38,838 bases of DNA from NCBI RefSeq assembly GCF_001194135.2, contig NC_068987.1, forward strand, positions 50,005,461 to 50,044,298, in the 5' to 3' direction. Under the pieces are notes generated by a model that worked only from the letters and a program-made list of their open reading frames with translations, did no database searches and had not been told where the DNA came from. Shown piece after piece: positions 22,226 through 32,794 of this stretch. Made by a program: the position numbers and the translations under genes. How positions within the stretch are numbered: position 1 is the first letter of the stretch; the number at the start of each line of letters is the position of its first letter. This DNA is from Octopus bimaculoides (lineage: Eukaryota).

Positions 22226-22369
22226 TCTGTAAAGAGACCAATAGAATAAGTACCAGACTGGGGTGATTTGTTCAACTAAACTCTTCAAGATGATGTTCCA
22301 GTAAGGCCACAGTCCAATGACTGGCACAAGTAAATATAAAAAAGAATACCATACCCCTTTCAATTGAGG

Positions 22370-22563
22370 GGTCTTGTCTTGCTAATACTTGGTGACCCTG
22401 CCAGTTCTGGTGCCATGAAAAAAACATTCAGTACATTCTGGTTAGTATTAGGAAGGGCATCAAGCACTCATTGGAGCTCAGCACATCCCTCTGGTTCATC
22501 AGTTCATGTTGACCCCTGTCACACATAGCATTATGGAGAAAGAGATGTTAAATGATGATGATA
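22370..22563 (+). mobile_element. Family B copy
   Basis: TACTTGGTGACCCTGCCAGTTCTGGTGCC...TATTAGGAAGGGCATC...GTTAAATGATGATGAT. Confidence 0.7.
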
Positions 22564-22659
22564 TAAGTTTATATGTTATATATATAAGGCTAAGTGTAAC
22601 TATGCATACAAAGAGCAGCAACTGCATTTTTATGTTCATTTTTTTCATACTCGCATAGG

Positions 22660-23300
22660 TCAGAAGAACATGTCTTGTTCCAGTGCTTCAGTTTTGGTGT
22701 AGCTTCTATGGTTGAATGCTCTTGCTAACACCAATTACTTTACATAATGTACAGGTTGCTTTTTTCATGGCACCAGCACTAGTGAGGGTTGTCTTGTAGC
22801 TTAAAGAGACCCATTATGTGAGAGGGAGGAAAGGGGATGGAGTAATTACTTTATATGAGTTGTTGAGAAGTTAATGCATAACTGGATGAATGAAGACTAG
22901 ATTTGTTGTGGAGAAGATTCACAGCTACCTCATATTTTATTTGGGTGACTAGAATGGTGCTACAGGGAGCAGTATGTCTATATGGTAATGAGGAACTGCA
23001 TGCATTTAAGGTGACCTCACCTTCCTAGACATGTCACGGAAGGTGAGAAGAAGAGATCATGGATACAAAAGAATCACTGGGAGTAGGTAATGCTGTATGA
23101 GTGAGAGATGGATATAATGATGGAGTGGAGGTGGTTAAATATATATAGTGGGGGAATGCAGTGAATGATAGCCAGAGATCAATGATAAATATGAGTGGGA
23201 GGAGGAACAATAAAAGTGATGGATGGATGTTATTTGTGAGTAGTTCAGATGAGAAGAAGTTGTGACTGGCAGTAAGAAATGGTGATATACTATGACTTGT
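22660..23300 (-). mobile_element. Family B longer reverse copy
   Basis: TTCTATGGTTGAATGCTCTTGCTAACACCAA...GGCACCAGCACTAG followed by a purine-rich body similar to 6060-6240. Confidence 0.5.
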
Positions 23301-23314
23301 AGTAACAGGTCCTA

Positions 23315-24572
23315 TTAGGGTGTAAGGAAATTAATTACATTTTACCAGAAAGGATATAAAAATGAATGCAAACTATGTTTATCTGAACAGTTTTAATCAA
23401 GAATGTATTCATCATAGTTTTCAATGATTACAGCCCAATAGGAAAGTAACTTTTTTTATGCCACATTCAAAGAAACCCATTTCTTTTCCTGAAAAATGTC
23501 TAAAAGACTGTTTTCAACTTCCTCTGTTTCTGAATGTTTTGCCTCTTATAAAATGTTCTAGTGATTGGAACAGATGGAAATCTGTAGGTGCTAAGTCAGG
23601 TGAGCATGAAGGATGTGGAAGAACTTCCCATCCTAATAATCTTATTTTTTCTTGGGTTTGTTTTGAAGAGTGTGACAGTGCATTGTTGTACTGCAGAATA
23701 ACATCTTTTCTGTTTACCAAAGCTGGCCACTTTCGATGTAATTTTTTATTTACACAATCAAGTTCTTGGCAATAGACATCTGCATTGCTGGTCCTCTTAT
23801 GTTTCAGTAGCTCATAATAGACGATACCTTTCATGTTCTACCAAACACAGAGCAAGGATTTTGTGGATAGAGTTCTGGTTTTGGTGTTGGCACTGGCCTC
23901 TCATTATGTGATAACCATTGTCTTTTTTGTTTTCTGTTGTGATGCAAACCCATTTTTCATCACCTGTAACAATGCACTGCAGAAATGACAGGTTGTTATT
24001 CCTGATTAGAAGACTGCTGCAGATAGTGGGATGTTATGTTCAGTTCTCAAGAATAAGCTCATGTAGAACCCAAATTCTTTCTTTGCATGTTTTCCCAATT
24101 TACTTGAGATGTTTGTGGATAGTTGAAGATGACATTAAATTTTTGTGCCAAATCTCTGGTGCTTTGACATGGATCTAATACAATAGTCTCATTCAAAAGG
24201 TTGTCATTCAGAGTGGGTTGTCTTCCAGAGCATGGCTTGTCAGATATGTTACAATTGCCATCTTTAAACCATAGCTGACACGAGTAAGCTTTCACTGTAT
24301 CTGGATACACTTCACAAATGATTTTCATTGCTTCTGTAGTGGTATTTTTCTTTCAAAAAACTCATACAGTAAGCAATGATAAATATGTTGTTTCATAAAG
24401 TTATTATCCTCCTTGGGATTAATTACTGAAATAACCATGACATACTGGTGGATAGAAAAGATGACATCCTATTTCTAGACAGTTCCCACCTATTCAACCT
24501 TGGCTCTTCCGTGATTAGTTGATTCATATATCATAGTGGTGAAAAAACGCAATTACTTTCCAAACACCCTAA
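23315..24572 (-). mobile_element. Full-length (1258 bp) decayed mariner element
   Basis: TA at 23313-14 and 24573-74. TIRs TTAGGGTGTAAGGAAATTAATTAC and the reverse complement of GCAATTACTTTCCAAACACCCTAA. Transposase fragments: HTH (YPDTV...QLWFKDGN), LQYNNA, WEVLPHPSCSPDLAPTDFHLF, ending IIENYDEYILD* at 23393. Frameshifted. Confidence 0.93.
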
Positions 24573-25646
24573 TAATTTCACTATTTTTAACATGATACGG
24601 TAAATAGGAATGGGATGGGAGAATTGAGTTATATAGAGATGTGGTACGGGTTTAAATGTTGTGTGGAAGAGTGTATGATTTGGATAAAACAAAGATAGGT
24701 GTGTGGATGATGGTAAACGTGTGTGTGTGTGGGGGGAAATGGGCCCGTCGGGAGGAACCCAGTTGTTTAGATGGGAGAAGGGGAAGTGAGAAAGAATAAA
24801 AATAGTTATATACATATAACAAGGCCATTAAGGGAAAGACCAAGTTGTGTGCATACACATTATACTTTCTAAACTTGTTACACCATGCTTGCAAAGCTGG
24901 ATATATATGCACACACAGATTTTCTTGATAGGGTCAGTGAAATAGTAGTTAAATCTAGCAAGAGACAAATATTTAATGAATGCAGGAGTTAAGTGGGTAC
25001 TACTTCAAGTTTCATGCTCAGGTATGATATGGTGATCGTTCAGGCTCAAATAACAACGTTACTCTGAGAAAATGCAAAAAAAAAAAAAGGTAAAACCACA
25101 AAAAGGGACAAAAAGTTAAAACGTTAAAGGTAAGAGGAATAATTCGGTTTATGGAATCTAGGTTATGTCCCTTTAATCCGATAACGAGGTGTGTTAATGT
25201 TGAGTGTTTTAATATGCTTTAACTAGGTGCCGTCTGTGCATAAAACTTCTGGTGAAGGAAGGCATCCTTCAGTTCAATAACTGTCTGAAAACTTTTATAG
25301 CTTATGACAGTATGTGACAGGGTAGGCGGTCTCAAGAGGAGGTAATTAGATACCTATACACCTGCATACTAAGGCATAAATACCAGAATCTACACATAGC
25401 ATACAGATAGTACACTCACCTGACACATCCATACACGTGCATATATGTATACATACATTTTAATGTACATGTATGCACTCGCAAAACTATACATTCATAT
25501 ATAATATAGACATATTCATGCTTACATGCAAAAACATTATTGTACAATACATGTTTATGAGTGCATGTTCTCAAATGCATAGGTATATGCATACTCATAC
25601 ACACACACACACATATATATATGCTCATCAAATACACACATATATA

Positions 25647-26068
25647 TCATCATTTTAACATTTACTTTTCAATGTTTGCATGGGTCAGATAAAATTTGTT
25701 GAGGCAAACTTCCAATGGCTAGATGCCCTCTCTGTCACTAAACCACACCTGTTTCCAAGCAAGATAACATTTTCCAGATATGTATGTTGTCTTGGAAGAC
25801 TGCAAATGAACAATGCTGCTTTTATGATAGTAATACTCATTTACAAATATCAAATGAAGTCAAGAACAGGGGATACAAATACTAACATATACCCATACAC
25901 ACATATATGTGATGGGCTTTTCAGTTTCTGTTTGCTTAACCTACACACAAGTCTTTGGTTGACCTGAGGCTACAGTAAAAGACAATTTCTCAAGGTCCCA
26001 CACAATAGCACTGAGGTCAGAGCCACAAGGTTGGGAAGCAAACTTCTTAATCAGACAACTATGCCTGT
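25647..26068 (-). mobile_element. SINE A-head/F-tail copy
   Basis: Reverse complement collinear with 3325-3728. Confidence 0.75.
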
Positions 26069-26495
26069 ACCAAACAAATTAATCTTTCATTTAGATGTAA
26101 TCAATGTTTTAATTATAATTATTATAGCTGAATTGAATTATCTATTTAAATTACTATTTGAATCGTAATTATTAATGACAAACAGAATTAACTATTTAAA
26201 TCTCTGTTTCAATTATAATCATTACAGATTAATAGAATGAACTATTCAAATACAAAGTTACAAATGTAAACTTCATATATAACACTAATATGGTAGTAGA
26301 TTAGCAGAATCATTAGAACATCAAACAAAATCCCTTGTGCTGTGCAAGTTTACATTCTGAGTTCAAAGCTAGTAATAAGTGGGTGAGGAGTCATAATTGA
26401 TTGTCTCTTCATCATAAAGAAATCAATAGGACTGAAATAATGTTGATGAATACTTTTGATCACTGAAAGTTCAAGCAATTGATGATTTATTGGCA

Positions 26496-26883
26496 TTAGC
26501 TGTTTTGTTACCATATTTCTGATAAAATACACAGCTTTTCATCATCATCAGCATTTAATGTCTGTCTTCCATGCTGGCATGGGTTGGATAGTTTGATGCT
26601 TTCTGATGCATCAGAGGACTGCATTGAACTCCAGTGCCTTCTTTGGCATGGGTTCTATAGCTAGATGCCCTTCCTAACCCAGCATACTGGGTGCTATTTT
26701 TGGACACCAGCTACTGTCTTGTTTCAATTAATTTTTGAAATCATGAAGAATTTAGTAAAATAACTGTCAGTATTAAGCTGGACTTTGGAACATAAATTAA
26801 CAAGAAATTTTGATAGGTTTAAATATTGGTTACTTTAAAGCAGGAAGCTTGTATAATAGGTTGGTTGGTATCAAAATAGTTAA
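26496..26883 (+). mobile_element. MITE family C, split by a family-B insertion
   Basis: 5' part 26496-26538 and remainder 26713-26883, ending GGTATCAAAATAGTTAA. Confidence 0.75.
26539..26712 (-). mobile_element. Family B copy inserted into MITE C
   Basis: TCATCATCATCAGCATTTAATGTCTGTCTTCCATGCTGGCATGGG... interrupts the MITE C motif AAATACACTGCCTTTGTTTC. Confidence 0.75.
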
Positions 26884-27059
26884 TGTATGAATAAACAAGC
26901 AGCAGATGTAAATAATAGTATAATACTAAAATAAGAATAGTAATATGTAAATTAAAAAAAATAAAAGGCTATACTGTACAATCAAGGCACAACATTGGTT
27001 GTTGGCATTTTGTTAATAGTGAGGATAATAAGACATAAAGACGTATTACCTATCACCTC

Positions 27060-27626
27060 CTCTGTGATCCACTCCTATTTCCTTCACCTTTTCCCCTATA
27101 AACTGATATTCACCAATGACCAGGCTTCCATTCATGTTCATTACATTCACTTCTAACCATCTGTCACTCTTACACACACTCAAGAACTTATGTACCCATC
27201 CACTCTTCCTGATCCTCTGTCCCTAAACTGTTACAGTCATCTTCTTGTACCTTGAGGGAACACTCCGACACCTTGTCATCATTTCTCCCTTTCCTGCTTG
27301 GATGGCCATGTATCTCTTATACAGCAAGACACCTGTTCCTGTCCCTCTATCATACTTTAGTCTCTCAACACTTTGCATAATGCCACCGTCTCAATACTAC
27401 ACCCTCCACTCAGTCAAGAGGTCTTATCTTGCTAGATACTTGGTGACCACACCAATACTGGTTACCATAAAAAAAAGCACCCTGTACACCCTATATAGCG
27501 ATTGGTATTAGGAAGGGCAGCTGTAGAAAGCATGCCAAAGAAGACATTGGAATTCAATGCAACCCTCTGGCTTGTCAGATTCTATTCAACCAACCAGCCC
27601 ACCCATGCCAGCATGGAAAACAGATT
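27060..27626 (+). mobile_element. Family B long copy; its tail continues at 28237-28270 after the MITE D insertion
   Basis: ...GATACTTGGTGACC...TATTAGGAAGGGC...CCCATGCCAGCATGGAAAACAGATT|TTAA. The (GAT)n tail resumes after 28236. Confidence 0.75.
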
Positions 27627-27630
27627 TTAA

Positions 27631-28232
27631 CCCTTTAATATTTAAACCAGCCATATCCAGCCAAAATATTCTACCTGTTTTATGTTCAAACTGGTCAGAT
27701 CTGGCCTTGCACAAGTATTCTACAATGTCATTCTAAAAATATATAAACACAGGAGTGGCTGTGTGGTATGTAGCTTGCTTACCAACCACATGGTTCCGGG
27801 TTCAGTTTCACTGCATGGCACATTGGGCAAGTGTCTTCTACTATAGCCTTGGGTTGACCAAAGCCTTGTGAGTGGATTTGGTAGATGGAAACTGAAAAAA
27901 GCCCATCGTACATATATATATGTATGTGTTTGTGTATGTTTGTCCCCCCAACATCGCTTGACAACCAAAGCTGGTGTGTTTACATCCCCATAACTTAGTG
28001 GTTCAGCAAACGAAACCGATAGAATAAGTACTAGGCTTACAAAGATTAAGTCCTGGGGTTGATTTGTTTGACTAAAGGCGGTGCTCCAGCATGGCTGCAG
28101 TCAAATGACTGAAACAAGTAAAAGAATAAAACACCATTGAAATCTTGAAACTACAACATAATGTGTGACTAATTCAAAACAATGTAAATAAATAAGCATC
28201 ACATTTGACAAAAAAATTTGAATGCTAAAGAG
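27631..28232 (+). mobile_element. MITE family D with TTAA duplication, carrying a nested SINE A
   Basis: TTAA at 27627-30 and 28233-36. TIRs CCCTTTAATATT and AATGCTAAAGAG. Confidence 0.85.
27751..28128 (+). mobile_element. tRNA-derived SINE family A (well preserved), nested in MITE D
   Basis: GGAGTGGCTGTGTGG head, GGTTCAGT B-box-like motif, CORE/V-like ttgggcaagtgtctt, central (TA/TG)n, tail ...GAAACAAGTAAAAGAATAAA. AAACAC is duplicated at 27745-50 and 28129-34. Confidence 0.85.
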
Positions 28233-29004
28233 TTAAATAATGATGAGGATGATTTTGAAGAAGATGATGATGCATTGGCCAGTGTGCTGCTTTGATGGAA
28301 TATATAAATAAGGTATCAGAAGGAATATATTCTCTACTAAAAGATAGCAAACGATAAAGAAACAACAAAATGATTAGAAAATGAGATATTAAACATTAAG
28401 AAAAAAAAAAAAGAAAAACACAACTGCACCAGCATGGCCACAGATTCTGGTAGAAACAAGTAAAAGTAAATAAAAGAAGAGTTCACAAGATGAGTTCTTA
28501 GTCATTATAAATAAAGACAAAGACAAAATAACACATATGTGTTAGAAAAATGTACAAAAAAATATTTTCTAGGTTATCACTTTTAATACATATAAATCTT
28601 ATAGCAAAACATTACTTAAAAAAAATATTCCAACAGCATCAAAATAAAATTTTAGCATTTGTTACATTCATTAAGTAAACTTAATGTTTAATCACAATTA
28701 TATTTATCTGTATTTTACAATTTATATAATGTTTCAGTCAGTTTGACTTCTGATTGTCTTCAGCTTTCTTGTTCACCAATTTGTACTTAGTTTTAAGTTG
28801 GGTTTGATTATAGAACTTCTTTTTGTTTTCTAAAAGAAAGATGTTTCTGTCCTATTCAAAACTAAACCATTATATCTTTATAAGAAATATCTTTGAAGCT
28901 AAAGGTAAGCTTTTGAAAAAAGAAAAAGAAAATACCAGAAGCAGGGAATTGATGAGAATAGCTGAATTAAGTGACTATTTTAATTATATGCACATCACTT
29001 CACT

Positions 29005-30906
29005 TCAACCTGTGTGTATTTTTATATGTCTGTTTAACCCAGTACTTTGAGAAAAACATTTTCCACATATTTGACAGTGAAATGGTTTCTCCCCTGTGTG
29101 TGTTCTTTTATGACAATTCAAACTAGAGCTTCGAGAAAAATATTTCCCACATATTTGACAACAAAATGGTTTCTCCCCTGTATGTGTTCTAACATGAACC
29201 TTTAGATCAGATGCCTTCAGGAAAGTTTTCCCACATGTTTCACAGCGAAAGGGTTTTATTCCAGCATGCATATAAGTATGTTTTTTAAGTTCACTTAAAA
29301 CAAAAAAAGATTTCCTACATATTTCACAAGCAAATGGTTTTTCATTATTATGGTTGTTTTGATGCAAATCTAACTCATAACTAGTTGTAAAAGTCTTACT
29401 ACAAATGATACAGTGGCATGAATTCTCTTCCAGATGAGCTATTGTATGAACTTTTAAATCAGAAGTTGTAAGGAATTTTTTATTACATATCTGACACTGA
29501 ATTTCTTTCTTGCTCTTCTCATGTCTTTTTTTATGTATAAGTAAATTATATTTTGTAGAAAACTTTCGGCTGCATATATCACATTGGTATGGTTTTTCTC
29601 CAGTGTGCAATCTGTTGTGTAACTTCAGAACAGAACTTCTAGTGAAATTTTTGCAACAGATTTTGCATTGAAATGGTTTCTCCCCCGTATGTGTTTGAGT
29701 GTGTAAGTTTAAATTACAACTGGTGGAAAAGCTTTTGCCACATATTTCACAGCGATATGGTTTCTCTCCTGTGTGAGTTCTTGTATGCACCTGTAAATGC
29801 GAACTTATAGAGAAGCTTTTCCCACAAATCTCACAAGAAAATGGTTTTTCTCCAGTGTGAGTTCGTTTATGTAATTTGAGGTTTTGGCTAGCAGAGAATC
29901 CTTTATTACATATATCACAATAAGATAGTTTTTCTCCAGTGTGTTTTCTTGTATGTAACCTTAGTACAGATTTAGAAGAAAAGTTTTTGTCGCAAGTAAG
30001 ACAGTGATAAGGTTTTTCTCCAGTGTGTGTTCGTGTATGAAGATTGAGATTGTAATTTGTTGAGAAACCTCTTCCACATATTTCACAGTGAAATTCTTTC
30101 TCACCAGTATGTATTTTCCTATGTACATCTAATTTATATACTGTGTAAAAACTTTTATTGCACACCTCACAGTTATATGACTTCTTACCACTATGAATTT
30201 GTATGTGTAACCTTAGTTCTGATTTTGTGGACAGTCCTTTTCCGCAAAGCTTGCACTGAAATGATTTTTCCCCAGTGTGCACTTTTATATGCAAGTTTAA
30301 CTTATAGTTTGTTGTAAAACTTTTACCACACATCTGACAAGGAAAAGGTTTCTCTCCTGTATGTGTTCTTGTGTGGATCTTCATTTCAAATTTCTCAGAA
30401 AAGCATTTCCCACATATTAAACAAAGAAAAGGTTTTTCCCCAGTGTGTGTCCTAATGTGTCTTTTCAGTACAAAACTACTGGAAAATTGCTTGTCACATA
30501 ACTTACAAGAGAAAGGTTTTTCACCTGTATGTGTCATCATGTGTCTTTTCAAATGTGAACAAGTTGGAAAACATTTCTTACATATTTCACAAGGAAAAGG
30601 TTTTTCTCCAGAGTGTGTTTTATTGTGTACCCTAAGTACTGATTTCCTTGAATATCGTTTATCACATATCTCACATTGAAATGGCTTCTCTCCTGTATGA
30701 GATCGCATATGTATCAGTAGTTCAGATTTTTTACAAAACTTCTTTTCACATAACTCACAGCATATTCGCTTTATTTTGTGTTTTCTTGTAGATGTCATCT
30801 TTTTGCTGTCTGTTAACTCTTTTGTTTTGGGACTTATTACTTTATTTTCATCCTGTTTATCTTGAGAAATATTAGCAGCCACACTCAATGTATTTGTCTC
30901 CATCAT
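29005..30906 (-). CDS. Poly-C2H2 (Kruppel-type) zinc finger protein, 633 aa, 21 fingers, no recognisable effector domain
   Basis: Intact ORF with 21 C-x2-C-x12-H-x3-H units, mostly TGEKP(F/Y) linkers, after a Lys-rich leader of about 48 aa. An in-frame TAA lies about 54 nt upstream of the ATG with no AG in between, so the CDS is most simply single-exon. Confidence 0.95.
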   Translation of the reverse strand: MMETNTLSVAANISQDKQDENKVISPKTKELTDSKKMTSTRKHKIKRICCELCEKKFCKKSELLIHMRSHTGEKPFQCEICDKRYSRKSVLRVHNKTHSGEKPFPCEICKKCFPTCSHLKRHMMTHTGEKPFSCKLCDKQFSSSFVLKRHIRTHTGEKPFLCLICGKCFSEKFEMKIHTRTHTGEKPFPCQMCGKSFTTNYKLNLHIKVHTGEKSFQCKLCGKGLSTKSELRLHIQIHSGKKSYNCEVCNKSFYTVYKLDVHRKIHTGEKEFHCEICGRGFSTNYNLNLHTRTHTGEKPYHCLTCDKNFSSKSVLRLHTRKHTGEKLSYCDICNKGFSASQNLKLHKRTHTGEKPFSCEICGKSFSISSHLQVHTRTHTGEKPYRCEICGKSFSTSCNLNLHTQTHTGEKPFQCKICCKNFTRSSVLKLHNRLHTGEKPYQCDICSRKFSTKYNLLIHKKRHEKSKKEIQCQICNKKFLTTSDLKVHTIAHLEENSCHCIICSKTFTTSYELDLHQNNHNNEKPFACEICRKSFFVLSELKKHTYMHAGIKPFRCETCGKTFLKASDLKVHVRTHTGEKPFCCQICGKYFSRSSSLNCHKRTHTGEKPFHCQICGKCFSQSTGLNRHIKIHTG

Positions 30907-31143
30907 GACAGTATACCAGCGAGAGACAGAATTTTGAATTTCAAGAGGTGAATGTTATACGCATGAAATGTGTATACGCATAGTGTCATAGTGTATCAAA
31001 AACTTTGCTATTATTTGATGTCATTTGGATAAAACTATTTTGGTTTTAAAATCACCAATTTATTGGATAAAATTGCTTCATTTAATGACATTATTCCATC
31101 ATCTGCATAGCTGATATGTCTCAACTGCTACTGCATTCGAATT
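30907..31143 (-). other. 5' UTR part of the zinc-finger coding exon
   Basis: The best acceptor upstream of the ATG on - is (tta)n-tattttcag|aattcg at 31144/31143. The interval contains several short uORFs. Confidence 0.55.
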
Positions 31144-31149
31144 CTGAAA

Positions 31150-31151
<2 letters not shown>

Positions 31152-31190
<39 letters not shown>
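31152..31190. repeat. (TAA)n microsatellite abutting the zinc-finger acceptor
   Basis: About 13 units, direct read. Confidence 0.95.
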
Positions 31191-31191
<1 letters not shown>

Positions 31192-31367
31192 ACCTACAAG
31201 TATATATAGCATACAGAAAATTGCACTACTTGGCACTGCACACATCCTACTCATAAGAGCATCACAGCAAACCACAGCACATACCCAAGGCACACAGAGC
31301 GCTGCGCTTAGTAGTGAAGTGAAAGCATGCTATAAAAATAAAACTACTGAATAATAATAATAATAAT
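31190..31367 (+). mobile_element. R4/Dong-type non-LTR retrotransposon, short 3' end inside a (TAA)n tract
   Basis: Reads IYSIQKIALLGTAHIL (the end of an REL-endonuclease ORF), then a short 3' UTR and an (AAT)n tail. (TAA)n also lies immediately 5'. Confidence 0.65.
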
Positions 31368-31775
31368 CCTTTCTACTATAGGCACAAGGCTTGAAATTAT
31401 TTTTTTTATGGGGGGGGGGTTAGTCGATTACATTGACCCCCAGCACTTGACTGGTATTTATTTCATCGACCCCAAAAGGATGAAAGCCAAAGTCAACCTT
31501 GGTGGAATTTGAACTCAGAACATAGCAACAGACGAAATACTGCTAAGCATTTTGCCTGGCATGCTAACAACTCTGCCAGTTCGCCACCCTAATAATAATA
31601 ATGCTTTCTATTGAATGCAAAAGGCCTGAAATTTTGGGGGAAGGACTAGTTGATTAAATCAACCTCAATGTTTCACTGGTACTTAATTTATCAACCCCAA
31701 AAGGACGAAAGGCAAAGTTGATCTTGACAGAATTTGAACTCAGAATGTAAAGACGGCCGAAATGCCACTAAGCAT
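31368..31775 (-). mobile_element. Two tandem copies of tRNA-derived SINE family E with (ATT)n tails
   Basis: Minus strand: GGCGAACTGGCAGAG...TTAGCA...GTTCTGAGTTCAAATTCC...CTTTCATCCTTTTGGGGTCGAT...GTGCCTATAGTAGAAAGGATTATT. Copy 1 at 31368-31590 and copy 2 at 31600-31775. Confidence 0.8.
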
Positions 31776-31789
31776 TATAACAACAACAA

Positions 31790-32605
31790 CAATTTAAAAA
31801 ATAGTATTGGCAACTAGATATCCCCCAAAACTTACATAAATAATAGAAGAATTCAAAAAGGGAAGGAAGAACAACAGAGCAGGCAGATGGAAAGAAAAGG
31901 AGTTATATGGCCAATTCATGCAACAAACTGAGAGTGTTGAAAGTAAAGAATGCTAGCTATGGCTGATAGACAAAAACTTGAAATGAGAGATCAAAGTGCT
32001 AATTATAGCTGCACAAGAACAAGCCATTAGGATGAATCTGACAAAGGTAAAGACTGACAAAACTCAGTCAGACAGCAAATGTAGAATCTGCAGGAAAGGA
32101 GACAAACATGTAGGTCATCTCTAGAGTGAGTGCAGTAAGCAAGCATCAAAAGAGTATAAGTACAGACATGACTTTACAGGTAAAAGAGTGCATAGGGATG
32201 TTAGCCAAGTGTGTGGCTTTGAAATAACAGGGAAGTGATATTGACATGAATCAGAGACTGTGACGAAGAATGAGAATTACACGATCTTATGGAACTTCCC
32301 TATAGGACAAAATAAACAGCGTAAGATCATAAACTTTGCAATTCCCTATGAAAACAGTATTGATTCCAAAGAAATTGAAAAAAAAAAAAAAAAAGAGAGA
32401 AGTGCCAGGATCTTGTCAGACAGCTAAAGAGACTGGAAGACTAAGACAACAATTATTTGTGGAGTAACTGGTGCACTTGACACAACACTCAAAATGCTAC
32501 CTTAAAGACTGAAAGATACTGGAATTGAGACTCACGTTGTTGACTTGCAGAAAAGTGCAGTTCTGTGTTCTGCAGGAATCTTAAGAAAGATTTGTTGTCA
32601 TTAAA
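31790..32605 (+). mobile_element. R4/Dong-type non-LTR retrotransposon C-terminal fragment (CCHC knuckle plus REL domain)
   Basis: Across stops: WKEKELYGQF...LWL...LIIAAQEQAI...SKCRICRK...HL*SEC...YKYRHD...ENYTILWNF...FAIPYE...EIEK...LQKSAVLCSAGILRK. Confidence 0.85.
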
Positions 32606-32667
32606 TCTCAGGATAAAATTCCTGCTAATTAAATTAGCATCTACTAGCTTGTTGTTGTTGATGATGA

Positions 32668-32785
32668 TCCTTTCTACTATAGGCACATGGTCTGAAATTT
32701 TGTGGGAAAGTGTTAGATAATTATGTTGACCACAGTGCTCAACTGGTACTTATTTTATCAACCCCAAAAGGATGAAAAGCAAATA
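32668..32785 (-). mobile_element. SINE family E, 3' half
   Basis: CCTTTCTACTATAGGCAC...CTGGTACTTATTTTATCAACCCCAAAAGGATGAAA. Confidence 0.75.
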
Positions 32786-32794
32786 ATAAGCTTT

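Noticed and set aside
30057-30679. Plus-strand ORFs antisense to the zinc-finger CDS
   Set aside because: A shadow of the repetitive finger codon pattern.
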